From the IMG/VR virus record IMGVR_UViG_3300002124_000001, positions 291 to 64,290 of that record: DNA of 64,000 bases, one strand, 5' to 3'. Below are positions 6,829-16,443 of this stretch, one piece after another. A model generated the notes under the pieces. The model saw only the letters and a list, made by a program, of their open reading frames with translations, did no database searches and had not been told where the DNA came from. How positions within the stretch are numbered: position 1 is the first letter of the stretch; each line of letters opens with the position of its first letter. The position numbers and the translations under genes were made by a program. The stretch is from a virus. Its lineage: Duplodnaviria > Caudoviricetes.

Positions 6829-7145
6829 ACTACGATCATCTTCGAGTCCTCGATCAGTTGTCGCACAGCGAGTGGCGCTCACCGCAAGAGATCGCGCTTC
6901 GCCTGAGTCCAGGCGCGGCTACGTCATTCTGGTACGGCACTCTCGCCCATGTGCACGCCGCGCTGCGCTCGCTTGAGGAAGGCGAATACGCCGAGCGTCG
7001 TCAACGCGACATCTCTCCGGAGCGTCTCGCGAACCGTGGCGGACGTCCTGAAAGCGAATACCGACTCACCGAACCAGGGGTGCGCCGTCGCGTCGAAAAC
7101 GACCAGCGCGCGAGCCTTCCGAACGCCGTTCCTTCAGAGGCGTAG
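6825..7145 (+). CDS. winged-helix (PadR-like) protein
   Basis: VHAALRSLEEGEYAERR...GGRPESEYRLTEPG resembles a PadR wing. Confidence 0.6.
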   Translation: MNYDHLRVLDQLSHSEWRSPQEIALRLSPGAATSFWYGTLAHVHAALRSLEEGEYAERRQRDISPERLANRGGRPESEYRLTEPGVRRRVENDQRASLPNAVPSEA

Positions 7146-7148
7146 CCC

Positions 7149-7427
7149 ATGAACCGCCGTCAGTTTCTTACCACCGTCGCTGCTGCACCGCTGCTGAAAC
7201 TGTTGCCAGTGCCGACGGTGTCGCCTGTTACGCAAGACCTCGATGCAGCGTTTCGGCTCATGAGCACTCCATCCCCGATGCCCATCAGCCTGCCCTTGGC
7301 ACGCCCGGACATGGGTCTCTGGCGAACTCATCACAGCCGAGATAATGAACGCCTTCCACCGCGAGCACGTGATCGACATCAGTCTCGATTCGTCGCCACG
7401 CCGTTGACATCCACTTCCGGCCCCTGA
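7149..7427 (+). CDS. twin-arginine signal-like small protein
   Basis: MNRRQFLTTVAAAPLL. Confidence 0.45.
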   Translation: MNRRQFLTTVAAAPLLKLLPVPTVSPVTQDLDAAFRLMSTPSPMPISLPLARPDMGLWRTHHSRDNERLPPRARDRHQSRFVATPLTSTSGP

Positions 7428-8035
7428 AACCTCGTTCCCCCGCACGGATCGACGCCTGCGCGCTCGATCATCGTGGCGTGGACTTCTCGCTCGGTGCTGC
7501 GCCCCTGCATGTGTGATTCGGCCTGACCAGGATCGATCTCCATCGGCGCGAATTCCTCCGCGATCGACGCGAGGTAGTCTCTCCGGTGGGCAATCACATC
7601 CGGGTCGGTCGGCGGGTCCACTGGCGGCTCTGTCGGCGGCGGCAGCACCAACGCAGGCGGCGCAGGGGCCTCGCCATTGACGCCGAGTAGCCAAATGTAG
7701 TCGTGCAGGAACAGCCCAACCAGGCGCATCCCGTCGTCGTCTGGCGACCGCTGCGGCCCTTTGATGTGGACGGTCATCTCGCCGTAGTTCAGATCGTCGC
7801 GCGCTCGCGTGCGTTCGTCGCGCTTGAACTGCACCAGCACGTGCTCGTCCGAGGAACCATCGGCCCTGATGTGCGAGCCGCTGAACTTCCCCAGCGAGCG
7901 CGAGCGCGACTCCAGCCGCAAGCCGGGCGGGTCATCCACATCGCTGCGGATCCCGACCTCGTTATTCGTGATGACGATCTCACCCCATGGGCGCTTGATG
8001 CGGATGACCTCAGCAGCGTCGTCGATGACGGCCAT
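7379..8035 (-). CDS. hypothetical protein at the end of the lysis cassette
   Basis: 218 aa; starts 3 nt after the holin stop; Pro-rich linker. Confidence 0.65.
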   Translation of the reverse strand: MAVIDDAAEVIRIKRPWGEIVITNNEVGIRSDVDDPPGLRLESRSRSLGKFSGSHIRADGSSDEHVLVQFKRDERTRARDDLNYGEMTVHIKGPQRSPDDDGMRLVGLFLHDYIWLLGVNGEAPAPPALVLPPPTEPPVDPPTDPDVIAHRRDYLASIAEEFAPMEIDPGQAESHMQGRSTEREVHATMIERAGVDPCGGTRFQGPEVDVNGVATNRD

Positions 8036-8038
8036 GGC

Positions 8039-8314
8039 CTACGCCCCCGCCTTCGCCTCGGCCGCCCGCTTGGCCTGCTGCTTCTCCACGACGGACCACA
8101 CGACGCCGATGACGGTCATCAGCCCGCCAATCGCGGCTTGTAGGTCAGAGTCCGCAATCGTGCCGTTGGTCACGAGCACCCCGCCGATCGTGGTCAGGAT
8201 GTGTCGCACCACGCCTAACACCATGGATCCCATCGCCTTCTCCATTCCCTTGTGAATCGCCTTCGCCGGCAGGACGACCGGCGCGGCGACAATGCGTCCG
8301 AGCTTCTTCCACAT
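8039..8314 (-). CDS. holin-like membrane protein
   Basis: Two TM segments; directly follows the endolysin. Confidence 0.7.
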   Translation of the reverse strand: MWKKLGRIVAAPVVLPAKAIHKGMEKAMGSMVLGVVRHILTTIGGVLVTNGTIADSDLQAAIGGLMTVIGVVWSVVEKQQAKRAAEAKAGA

Positions 8315-8752
8315 TTAATGATCCGGCGGTTCCGCGCCGGTCCTCAACGCCTGACACAACCACGGCCCACGCCTCCCGACTTGCGTGAACCACTTCGAGT
8401 CTTCGAGATGCGCCGCCGCCGACTGACAATCATTCCGCGCCATCGCCGCGATCGTGCTGGTGAACTTCAGCAGCCTCGTAATGCCCAGGTTGAAGCAGAG
8501 ATCGACCCACACGCGCTGCCGCATGGGATCGAGCACCCCAAACCACGGAAAGGATTTCGCGCACTCCGCGAGACAGATTTCGATGTCGTGCTCAAGCAGC
8601 GTGTAGGCTTCGCCTTCCGTGATGCCGCGGTCCCTCAGGTTGCGTCCAACGCCGATCGTCGGAATACCCAGGGAGTCCTCGTAGACGGTGAGACGTAGCC
8701 CCTCGTGGCGGACGAGCTGATCGCGGAGTTTGGCGTAGTCCAAGGGGTTCAT
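8315..8752 (-). CDS. endolysin, T4-type/GH24-like lysozyme
   Basis: LVRHEGLRLTVYEDSLGIPTIGVGRNL (E-x8-D-x5-T triad); DSKWFTQVGRR. Confidence 0.92.
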   Translation of the reverse strand: MNPLDYAKLRDQLVRHEGLRLTVYEDSLGIPTIGVGRNLRDRGITEGEAYTLLEHDIEICLAECAKSFPWFGVLDPMRQRVWVDLCFNLGITRLLKFTSTIAAMARNDCQSAAAHLEDSKWFTQVGRRGPWLCQALRTGAEPPDH

Positions 8753-8997
8753 CAGCGCGGCCTCGTGGTGTCGTCAGCGCCCGTGCGATCCATCCGCCGA
8801 TGCAGCGCATCGATCACCGTGACGAGTTTGGTATTGGACGCGGTGTTGTCCTTGACCACCACGATCAAGACCTCCGATTGGCCTTTCCAGAGGTCGGTGT
8901 ACTGCTTCACGTCCTTCCGGTAAAAGAAGAACATGAAGGCCGCCAAGACTCCGCCGACCCCGAGCGTGGCGAACCACTTGAGGAATTCCGTATCCAC
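8752..8997 (-). CDS. BhlA-like holin candidate
   Basis: One N-terminal TM plus coiled coil; GTG start with RBS GAAGGGG. Confidence 0.6.
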   Translation of the reverse strand: MDTEFLKWFATLGVGGVLAAFMFFFYRKDVKQYTDLWKGQSEVLIVVVKDNTASNTKLVTVIDALHRRMDRTGADDTTRPR

Positions 8998-9170
8998 GAC
9001 GACCCCTTCGGTTCCCACAGGTGCGCATCCTTGCAGCAAATATTGCACGTGCGGTTGAAACGATGCGCCCGTTCAGGTTACTAGATCCCAGGCGGGCGCG
9101 TGGACTTATCCTCTGCGCGTCTTGCTAGGCTGGCGTGTTCTGCACCACAGGGCACGTCAGCCGCTCTGCC

Positions 9171-9500
9171 TTACTTCATGGTCCGGTCCACGATCTTTCG
9201 GATCTCGTCCATCGTGAACTGAATTTTGATTGTGGCGTTCGCTTGCTCCTGCGCCACCTTACGGAGTTCCCCGAGAATCTCCGTCTGATTTTGAAACAAT
9301 GGCAACACGAGCGTCTTCAACACCTCCGTGATCGACTCGCGCTGCTTGGCCTGCCAGTACTCCGGCGGCAGGTCGCCCGCCTTCTTCCCTTCCAGGCCGA
9401 GATCGCTCGTGCGCTTCTTCTCCAGGAAATCCAGAATCAACTTCAGGCAGCCCAACACGAACAGCCCGCCAGCGCCGACTTGGAGGATCCAATCACCCAT
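9171..9500 (-). CDS. TM plus coiled-coil protein (holin/antiholin-like)
   Basis: N-terminal TM segment; lies between tail and lysis genes. Confidence 0.5.
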   Translation of the reverse strand: MGDWILQVGAGGLFVLGCLKLILDFLEKKRTSDLGLEGKKAGDLPPEYWQAKQRESITEVLKTLVLPLFQNQTEILGELRKVAQEQANATIKIQFTMDEIRKIVDRTMK

Positions 9501-9512
9501 GTCGTCCTTTCC

Positions 9513-10055
9513 TTACGTCGGCGGCAACGGGCCGATCACTTCCAACCGCGTCGCCAAAGACGCCGTCGTTGAGCCGAAGATGAAACTGTTCGACGTCGCC
9601 GCGCCCGCCAAATCGAAATACCCAGCCGCGGTCATCACCGACATGCCGAAGACGCACATTGTCCGCCCCTCGAAGTTCGCGCCTGCCGTCTCCGCAAACG
9701 ATCGCCGAATGGCCGTCCCGGTCACACGCAACTGGAGCTCCACGGTCCCGTTGTTGGCTTGGTCCACGAAACTCTGCCCGATGGCGAGATAGAACCCGCC
9801 GCCGCCGCTCGGGATCACCACGCGCGGATTGTTCGTCACCAGATCGTGCATGGTCGCCGTGTCGACATCCTCGGCAGCCAGGTTGAGCGCGTCTGTTGCC
9901 GCCGCCACAACGGTCTGCGTGTTGTCGTGGTACGCCACGCACCGATTCGCCGGGGTCGCTCGCAGCGCGAGCGCGTTGTCTCGGACGTCGCTGTTCCAGA
10001 GCGAGGCCGTGGCGATAGCGCCGGCGATCGCAGTCGTCGGAGCTACCCAACTCAC
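9513..10055 (-). CDS. short tail fibre / receptor-binding protein (C1q-like head)
   Basis: MSWVAP...ATASLWNSDVRDN N-terminus and NPRVVIPSGGGGFYL pattern typical of such minor tail proteins. Confidence 0.6.
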   Translation of the reverse strand: MSWVAPTTAIAGAIATASLWNSDVRDNALALRATPANRCVAYHDNTQTVVAAATDALNLAAEDVDTATMHDLVTNNPRVVIPSGGGGFYLAIGQSFVDQANNGTVELQLRVTGTAIRRSFAETAGANFEGRTMCVFGMSVMTAAGYFDLAGAATSNSFIFGSTTASLATRLEVIGPLPPT

Positions 10056-10525
10056 TAGATCAACCCCTTCTCGTCAAGCACGTCGATCAATTTCGTGATG
10101 CCGCGATCGAGCTTCTCGGCGTTCTCCGCGCCGAGTTCCTCCACGGTTTCGGCCGGCATGTCCACAAGTCCGCGCCCGACCCATTTCGTCCGCTGCGCGG
10201 AACACAGCCAATGCTGGTGCTGCATCGGACGCTCAACCAGGACCGCCTCGATCTCCTTCCACTCAGCAGGGATCGCGATGTCTGCGAACGTCCGCAGGCA
10301 TCCTAGGCAAGACGCGAAGGTCCACTCCGGGTGAATCGCGATCCCGCTGTTGCAGTGCGGGCAGTCAGCGACCCACCGGCCGGCATTGACGTACGCCTGG
10401 AGCGTCCGCGCGTCGATGATGACCGACCGGCCAACCTTGCGCGCCCGTGCGATCACGAGGTTCCGCATGTCGTCCGCACTCGTCGGATGCCCTCGCAGCA
10501 CGTCTCTTGGTCCCAGGAGTTCCAT
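10055..10525 (-). CDS. tail-associated protein with CxxC...CxxC
   Basis: CPHC, CLGC; position in the tail operon. Confidence 0.5.
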   Translation of the reverse strand: MELLGPRDVLRGHPTSADDMRNLVIARARKVGRSVIIDARTLQAYVNAGRWVADCPHCNSGIAIHPEWTFASCLGCLRTFADIAIPAEWKEIEAVLVERPMQHQHWLCSAQRTKWVGRGLVDMPAETVEELGAENAEKLDRGITKLIDVLDEKGLI

Positions 10526-12801
10526 TAGAATCCAAACACCGTGGTCTCATCGAAGGTGGACTCGTCGAACACCCAGACACCCGTCGGCGCCGCCGGCGCC
10601 AAGGTGAAGGACGTCTTCACGATCCCGCCTGGCTCGTAGGTCCCGCTGACCTCATTGATGAAGTAGCCGACGTCGTTGTCGGTGCCTGGATCGTCCGTCG
10701 TGATCCCGGTGACGGTCTCGCTGATGCCAACCTTGTCCCCGGGTTCCCGCGCGAGCGCCTGAATCATCAGCGCGTCGCTGTTGTTCGCCAGCAGAGACAG
10801 CGACTTTGGAATTGGCCGCTGCGTGCCCAGGATGTTCAGGTAGAAACTCGCGATGTCTGCAGCCACCATCGTGCTGCTCTCGTACTGCATGTCTATCTGC
10901 ACCGTGCGAGGTCCGTACTTCCGCACGCTATCGGTATTCGGCGGGCTCGGCACGGTGACCGGCGTGTCGTGGTAGATCCCCTTGCCGCGAAGCTGGAAGG
11001 CGATCGCGGCGGACAAGCGGAGAAACCCGGTCGTGGATCCGGCATTTGTGATTTCGACCTTGAACGAGTTCCCTCCGAGCCAGCGACCGCCGTCTGTGTA
11101 GATGGACAGCGAGCTCGTCAGGTTTGCGCCGGTACCATCACTGCTCGACCAGAAGGCGTAGTCCGTGCCGGCGACTGGTTCGACCATCGCGGTCCCGCCG
11201 ACGCGCTGCGCTTCCTGGGATGGATCCCGATACCCGCCCTCGAGCACCAGTGTTTGCCCTGGGACGATCTGCACGCTCTGGTTACTGACCTCCAGCTCGT
11301 AGAGAACCGTCGTGGCCGCGGCATCGACCCGTCTCGGAGTGACGACCACCCGCACGATGTTCACGAGGCTGTTGAGGCTGTAGTCCACCTCGAGGCCGTG
11401 CATCGTGTTGGAGAAGGTGGCGTCCAGCGTCGTGGCGATCTGGCGATCCCCTCGGCCTTCCCACCGGAGCGTTCCGCCCTGCGTGGTGTCGCCCTTGATA
11501 TAGGCAAAGGCGCGCTCACTGCCAGTCACGCGCGTGATCTCGGTGAGGATGGACTCTTCCTCCCCTTGGGCTAGGTCGAGCGCAAACGGGAACGTGGAGC
11601 TGCCGACGCTGATGTCAACGGTCGCCGGCGAGCGCCCGTCGGTTTGATCTAGGACCACCTTGAGCACGGCATCTGACCGCTGGCTGATCTGGGCCTCAAG
11701 AGCCGACACCACCACGTTTGCGGCCACGTCCATCCAGTCGGCACAGGTGACCAGCGTGTAGCGTTCGCGGTACTGACCTGGGAGCGGACGAGCGGAAATC
11801 ATCCGGCCTCTGAACTTGTAGTACGTGACGCCGCCGTAGGTGATGGCGAATCGAACCGGTGCGCCGATCTCGAAGCCACTACGGCAGTTGGCGTGCCCTG
11901 GGGAGTAGTAGCCGAGTACGCCTCCGCTGCTCAACGTAGAGTTGTTCAGCGCGAAACTGAGTGTGCCAGGGCGGGCGACGTTGTCGAGGATCCCTGAGCC
12001 TGAGATGCCGTAGCGCCATTGGATCGGCTGCACGTCTCGTACGTCTGAGCTCACCGTCGTCCAGGACCGCGCCGCCTGCAGGCTGGCCGCCAGCGTGACG
12101 TTGCCTTCGCGTCCGACCATGACGTAGGCCAGCGTGCCGATGAACGGTCCTGAGCCGTCCGTCCATGCACCGATCCGAAGGTTGACGGCCGTGTATGCAG
12201 GCTCCGTGGTGCCTGTGGCGACGGTAGCGCCTGCCTGCACGCCGTCGATGAAAGTCCGCGCTTCCTGGGTGGCCGGATCGTAGAAGCAATGGATCAAGTG
12301 CCAGGCGTTGTCAGAGACGGACCCGCGCGTGAAGTTGAACAGTTCACTTCCGGCAACTTCGACCCGGAACCGGATCGCGCCACTCTGGAGAGAGACTGAG
12401 TAGCCATTGCCGGTGGCGTCCGTCACCATCTTCTGCACGATGGCGCGGTTCGTGGCGTCGTTCGTCGAGGTCTTCATCAAGAAGACGATGTCGATCGAAC
12501 CCGCCGCGAGACTGAGATTCAGACCCGACGTCAGTCCGTCATCCGCGACGACGATGTAGCCGTTGCCGTCGAAGGTGCAGCCAAGACCACCCTCGGCGAT
12601 GTCCAGCGTGATGCCTCGTGTGAATCCAGAGCCGGTGTACGTGCCGTGGTTGTTGTTGCCGGTGATCTCTCGCGCGCGATCGGACCCCAACTCGGAGAGC
12701 GGCCACACCCCCACCACGAAGGCCTCGTCGATCAGGGTTCGGCGGAAGCCTCCGCCGAGACCCATCTGCATGGTGAAGGACGTGGGGTAGACGGCGGCCA
12801 T
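10525..12801 (-). CDS. tail tip/hub protein with N-terminal LamG (concanavalin-like) domain
   Basis: Follows the tape measure gene; WPLSE...NNHGTY...VSDNAWHLI...FIDG LamG pattern. Confidence 0.75.
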   Translation of the reverse strand: MAAVYPTSFTMQMGLGGGFRRTLIDEAFVVGVWPLSELGSDRAREITGNNNHGTYTGSGFTRGITLDIAEGGLGCTFDGNGYIVVADDGLTSGLNLSLAAGSIDIVFLMKTSTNDATNRAIVQKMVTDATGNGYSVSLQSGAIRFRVEVAGSELFNFTRGSVSDNAWHLIHCFYDPATQEARTFIDGVQAGATVATGTTEPAYTAVNLRIGAWTDGSGPFIGTLAYVMVGREGNVTLAASLQAARSWTTVSSDVRDVQPIQWRYGISGSGILDNVARPGTLSFALNNSTLSSGGVLGYYSPGHANCRSGFEIGAPVRFAITYGGVTYYKFRGRMISARPLPGQYRERYTLVTCADWMDVAANVVVSALEAQISQRSDAVLKVVLDQTDGRSPATVDISVGSSTFPFALDLAQGEEESILTEITRVTGSERAFAYIKGDTTQGGTLRWEGRGDRQIATTLDATFSNTMHGLEVDYSLNSLVNIVRVVVTPRRVDAAATTVLYELEVSNQSVQIVPGQTLVLEGGYRDPSQEAQRVGGTAMVEPVAGTDYAFWSSSDGTGANLTSSLSIYTDGGRWLGGNSFKVEITNAGSTTGFLRLSAAIAFQLRGKGIYHDTPVTVPSPPNTDSVRKYGPRTVQIDMQYESSTMVAADIASFYLNILGTQRPIPKSLSLLANNSDALMIQALAREPGDKVGISETVTGITTDDPGTDNDVGYFINEVSGTYEPGGIVKTSFTLAPAAPTGVWVFDESTFDETTVFGF

Positions 12802-12804
12802 GGC

Positions 12805-14685
12805 TCAGGCGTGCGAGTTCCCTCGGCCGCGCGCGATCTGCACGGAGGCCGAAATCTGGAGTTGCATTTGATCCAGCATCCGCGCCAGATCCCCGCGAAG
12901 GCCACGAACCTCAGTTCCAAGTGAGGACTCATCACGGACTTGCTCGCGACTCAGTACACGTTCTCCACCGAGCAGCGTCGCCCGCACTTCACCGGTGCCA
13001 GGCACCATGCCGCCGCTGTGGAACTTCTCGCCGCCGATCAGGTTGATGATCGCGTCCTGCGCGGCGCCGAACTTCGCCATCGTGTCGGACTTCAAGAGGG
13101 CCACCGTGAGGCTCTCGGTCAGATCAGCGTCCATGCCAATCTGATTCATCAGGGTCTTCATCTCGTCCAAGCCGCCGTACTGCGCGATGAACTTGTCGCG
13201 GGCTGGGTTGACGAGGACCCCTTCTTCTCCGCCTCCGAACAGTTCCTTGAGACCCTGCCATGCTGAGCGCACTAGAGCGATGCCACTCATGACCGCGCTG
13301 ATCCATCCGGTGAAATCACCGCTGAGTCCACGGAGTACGCCCTGGACTACACCTCGCCCGTGCCGCGCGGCATCTTGGAAGTGCTGCATCGCGCTGGCGA
13401 AACGAGGACCCAGAATGTCCTCAAACGTGTCTCCGAATTGTCCGAACAGGTCTGAGATATTTGAGAACGTTCCCAGCCAACCCTCCAGCATGTCGGTCGT
13501 GGACCGCTCCGTGCTGGCCATCATGCTGTGCTCGTTCGCGGCCATGTCGTCGTGAACGGCATTCGTCCATTCAGCCCACGCGAACGTCTGCTTGTCCAAG
13601 TTCTGCATCGTCACGACGGTCATGCCATCAAGGGTCGCGTTGAACTCTGTCACCGTCATGGCGACGCTGGCGATCTGCTCGTCGACAGCTTCCCATCGAG
13701 CCTTCCAATCGATCATGGCGTGCGCGTTGTCGGCCATCGCGGCTTGTACGTCAGAGGACCATTTCTTCAGTGCGTCGGCATGCTTCAAAACCGCCTTTTC
13801 GGCGTCCTCATGGGTCTTAATGCTCGCCTTGACTTCGTCGTTGAGTTTCTCCGTGAGGATCTTGAGTTCGACCTGTTCCATCGACACGGCCTTACTTTGA
13901 AGACCCCACTTCTGGAAGTGATCCAACAGAAGGACTTGCGTCTGGATGAATGCCTCGCTCGACTCATTGAGACGCCTGGTCTCTCGATCTAATTCGACGA
14001 CGTTCTCGTTCATGAAGAAGGCCATCTTTGCAGCGTCAAACGCTTTCGCCGCCCACACCATGAGTGCGCGTTCGCCCTGGACAAGATCGTCGTTGAACTG
14101 CGCCATGAGATCGACTTCCTCTTGGTCGATGAATTTGGCGTTCTCGGCGAGCTTGCGGAGTTGGTCGTTCATCAACGGCGTCAGTTCGAGGAACTTCCTC
14201 CCGAACAACTCGTAGTTTGCGGCGTTGCGGAGATTTTCATCGGCAAGTGTGGATGACGCATCCGCCACGGCAAAGATTCGCTGCTCTGGGGAAAGAGCCA
14301 GCCAATCCTTTGTGTTGAGGTGGAGCATCTCCATGCCCTTTGTCGCGCTGGTATCCCCAGTGGACAAACGCACGGCCAGTTTGGCGAATGCCTCTGCCAA
14401 TACATCGACGGTCGTGCCGGCACCAATCGCGACGTAGTCAAACTTCTGTAGAGCCTCAACGCCGATTCCTGTCTGTTGAGACAGGTCTTTCATTCGGTCT
14501 GAAAAGTCGATGATCTTGTTCGCGAACGAGACTACGCTTTGGATGCTGAAGGCGACACCAAGAGCGGACGCGACCTTCCCGGCCACCCCAACCACGCTGT
14601 CCAACTTGCCGTGGATCTGCTCCACGTCTGTTTGCAGTTTCGCCGTGTTCGCAGCCACGTCCACAATCAGCGAGGCGATCGTCAC
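12805..14685 (-). CDS. tape measure protein (626 aa)
   Basis: GTG start overlapping the upstream stop; IASLIVDVAANTAKL N-terminus; Ala-rich helical body; KFHSGGMVPG C-terminal motif. Confidence 0.9.
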   Translation of the reverse strand: MTIASLIVDVAANTAKLQTDVEQIHGKLDSVVGVAGKVASALGVAFSIQSVVSFANKIIDFSDRMKDLSQQTGIGVEALQKFDYVAIGAGTTVDVLAEAFAKLAVRLSTGDTSATKGMEMLHLNTKDWLALSPEQRIFAVADASSTLADENLRNAANYELFGRKFLELTPLMNDQLRKLAENAKFIDQEEVDLMAQFNDDLVQGERALMVWAAKAFDAAKMAFFMNENVVELDRETRRLNESSEAFIQTQVLLLDHFQKWGLQSKAVSMEQVELKILTEKLNDEVKASIKTHEDAEKAVLKHADALKKWSSDVQAAMADNAHAMIDWKARWEAVDEQIASVAMTVTEFNATLDGMTVVTMQNLDKQTFAWAEWTNAVHDDMAANEHSMMASTERSTTDMLEGWLGTFSNISDLFGQFGDTFEDILGPRFASAMQHFQDAARHGRGVVQGVLRGLSGDFTGWISAVMSGIALVRSAWQGLKELFGGGEEGVLVNPARDKFIAQYGGLDEMKTLMNQIGMDADLTESLTVALLKSDTMAKFGAAQDAIINLIGGEKFHSGGMVPGTGEVRATLLGGERVLSREQVRDESSLGTEVRGLRGDLARMLDQMQLQISASVQIARGRGNSHA

Positions 14686-15200
14686 GCGTTCCTCATGCCA
14701 ATCGCCGCCGTGTCCGTCTCGATACCCTTGCCGGACACTCGACATCGATCGAGATACGGTTGCTTCTCTGCTTGCGCGGCCGGGATCATGAAGGGCTCGG
14801 CCGGCATATTCTTCGTGCCGAACTCGATGAAGTGCGCGCGACGAGACGGTCGGTCTACAAAAGTGCGCCCGCCCCTGCTCATCACGACGCCCTTGACTTT
14901 GAAGGTGCGCTTCGCCGCGATGTTCGAGACCGTGGTGGATCCCGATCCAATCCCGACACGCCCGCGTCCGTTGGTCTTCGTGTAGGACCAACCGACGTGG
15001 TTGTAGAGATTGCGGGTGACGATGGACGGGCTCGCTTGTAGACGTGCCTGCGCCCCGCGCGCGATCTCTCGCACGGTGGTTTCTGTGGCGTGTCCGAGGT
15101 TGTCTCGGACGATCTGCGGGAGCGCCTGGAACGCGGCTTTTGCTTCGCGGAGGCCCTTGACGTAACCGGCTAGTCCTGCCGTGCTATTCGGGGTCGCCAT
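14682..15200 (-). CDS. HK97 gp10-like tail/neck protein
   Basis: VKGLRE...AHFIEFGTKNMPAEPFMIPA. Confidence 0.85.
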   Translation of the reverse strand: MATPNSTAGLAGYVKGLREAKAAFQALPQIVRDNLGHATETTVREIARGAQARLQASPSIVTRNLYNHVGWSYTKTNGRGRVGIGSGSTTVSNIAAKRTFKVKGVVMSRGGRTFVDRPSRRAHFIEFGTKNMPAEPFMIPAAQAEKQPYLDRCRVSGKGIETDTAAIGMRNA

Positions 15201-15785
15201 CGTCCTCGTCCTCGTCCTCAGCTTCCTGGTCCGCTCGTGGATCGAAGACGATGCCGTCTCCCGATTCCGCGATGTCCTTCTCTCGCTGCCGCTCTCGCTC
15301 GTGGACGGTGAACAGCGCCATCCACTTCGTCAATTCCAGGGAGTTCATCCGCGCGATCATCTCGTCGCGCGGGACGTGCAACCGAAGCGCTAGCTCGAAG
15401 GTGAACCGCTCCCACCCGCTTCGGTTGAAGGCTTTCCCAGTTCTTCGATGTCCTTCTCGCCGATCCCGGAGAGCCGCTTCGCCACGTCGCAGAGGCGATC
15501 CGCGTCATCAGCCCGAAGGTCGCCGAGCCACTCGGCGTCACCGTCCGACAGCAGCCGCGTCCCGTCGTCGTTGATGAGGCACTGACACAGGAGGGTCGCC
15601 CGCACGTTCTCGGTGTTCACCTCTCGGCTCTTGCCTCTGCGCACAACGAGCGAGGTCTCCCACCGGTCCCGCTGGCGTCCGGTCATCCCCTGCAGGAGAT
15701 ACTCGTCCTCTCCGCACGTGACGGTCTCGCGCGGGGGCGCGGTCGCGGCGCGCTGCCTGAGTCCTTCTTTGGTGATGCGTGCCAT
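15184..15785 (-). CDS. tail assembly chaperone pair (G/GT-type) joined by -1 frameshift
   Basis: ORF 15390-15785 ends just after G-GGA-AAG (15438-15432); the -1 frame runs open into 15184. Confidence 0.85.
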
Positions 15786-15791
15786 ACGTCC

Positions 15792-16208
15792 TTACGGGGC
15801 GGAAATGGAATGCGCGCCCGCGATCGCAAACACGACCGGCGTCATGTGCCGCGCGCCGCGGGTCGCCGACATCACCGGGTGAGTCTTGACGAACACCGGA
15901 ATCGTCCACTGGGGATTCGTCGCAGAGGCCGCCGCCGAGGTCGGCTTCGCCACGATGTTGAAGGTCGTCCGCGCAGCCCATGCGGCTTGGAGAGTGGCGT
16001 AGACCTTGGCTGAGGCGTAGTCCTGATAGAACGTCGCGGTGACGTCGCTCAATTTCAGCGTGCCGGGCATCTCGTAGTCGTTGAGCTCGCTCATCGCGGC
16101 TGCCGCCTGGCCATTGGTCGTGGCGACCAGAGAGATCGACTCGACGTGGTCACTGAGATCGACGCCATTCACGGTCAAACTCGCGTCGTAAAGGATGTGC
16201 TTTGCCAA
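15792..16208 (-). CDS. major tail (tube) protein
   Basis: LTVNGVDLSDHVESISL...ATNPQWT; standard position. Confidence 0.8.
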   Translation of the reverse strand: MAKHILYDASLTVNGVDLSDHVESISLVATTNGQAAAAMSELNDYEMPGTLKLSDVTATFYQDYASAKVYATLQAAWAARTTFNIVAKPTSAAASATNPQWTIPVFVKTHPVMSATRGARHMTPVVFAIAGAHSISAP

Positions 16209-16212
16209 CGTC

Positions 16213-16443
16213 CTACTCCTTCAATCGTGGAATCTGCGTCACGGTGCGCGGCCCAGCCTGAGGATCCCCTGGCCCTGGCGCTGCGGGCGTGAGCGTGTGG
16301 AACCGGTCATCACCGCCGTCGCCTGGCGCTTGCGTGCCCGATGTTGTCTCGATCGCGCCCTTGATCGGTGAGCGTGGGTCGTCGTCCCCAGGACCCAGCG
16401 CCGGCGCCGTCGTTTCGAAGATGGCCGGGTCGGTCTCGCTCAC
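16213..16443 (-). CDS. small Pro/Gly/Asp-rich protein with 3 internal repeats
   Basis: ETTAPALGPGD / ETTSGTQAPGD / TLTPAAPGPGD. Confidence 0.5.
   Translation of the reverse strand: MSETDPAIFETTAPALGPGDDDPRSPIKGAIETTSGTQAPGDGGDDRFHTLTPAAPGPGDPQAGPRTVTQIPRLKE

Noticed and set aside
10447-11574. Long + strand ORFs opposite structural genes (also 21742-22521, 26435-27580, 32180-33301, 33210-34316, 47379-48449)
   Set aside because: Antisense shadows typical of high-GC DNA; Arg-rich with no motifs.
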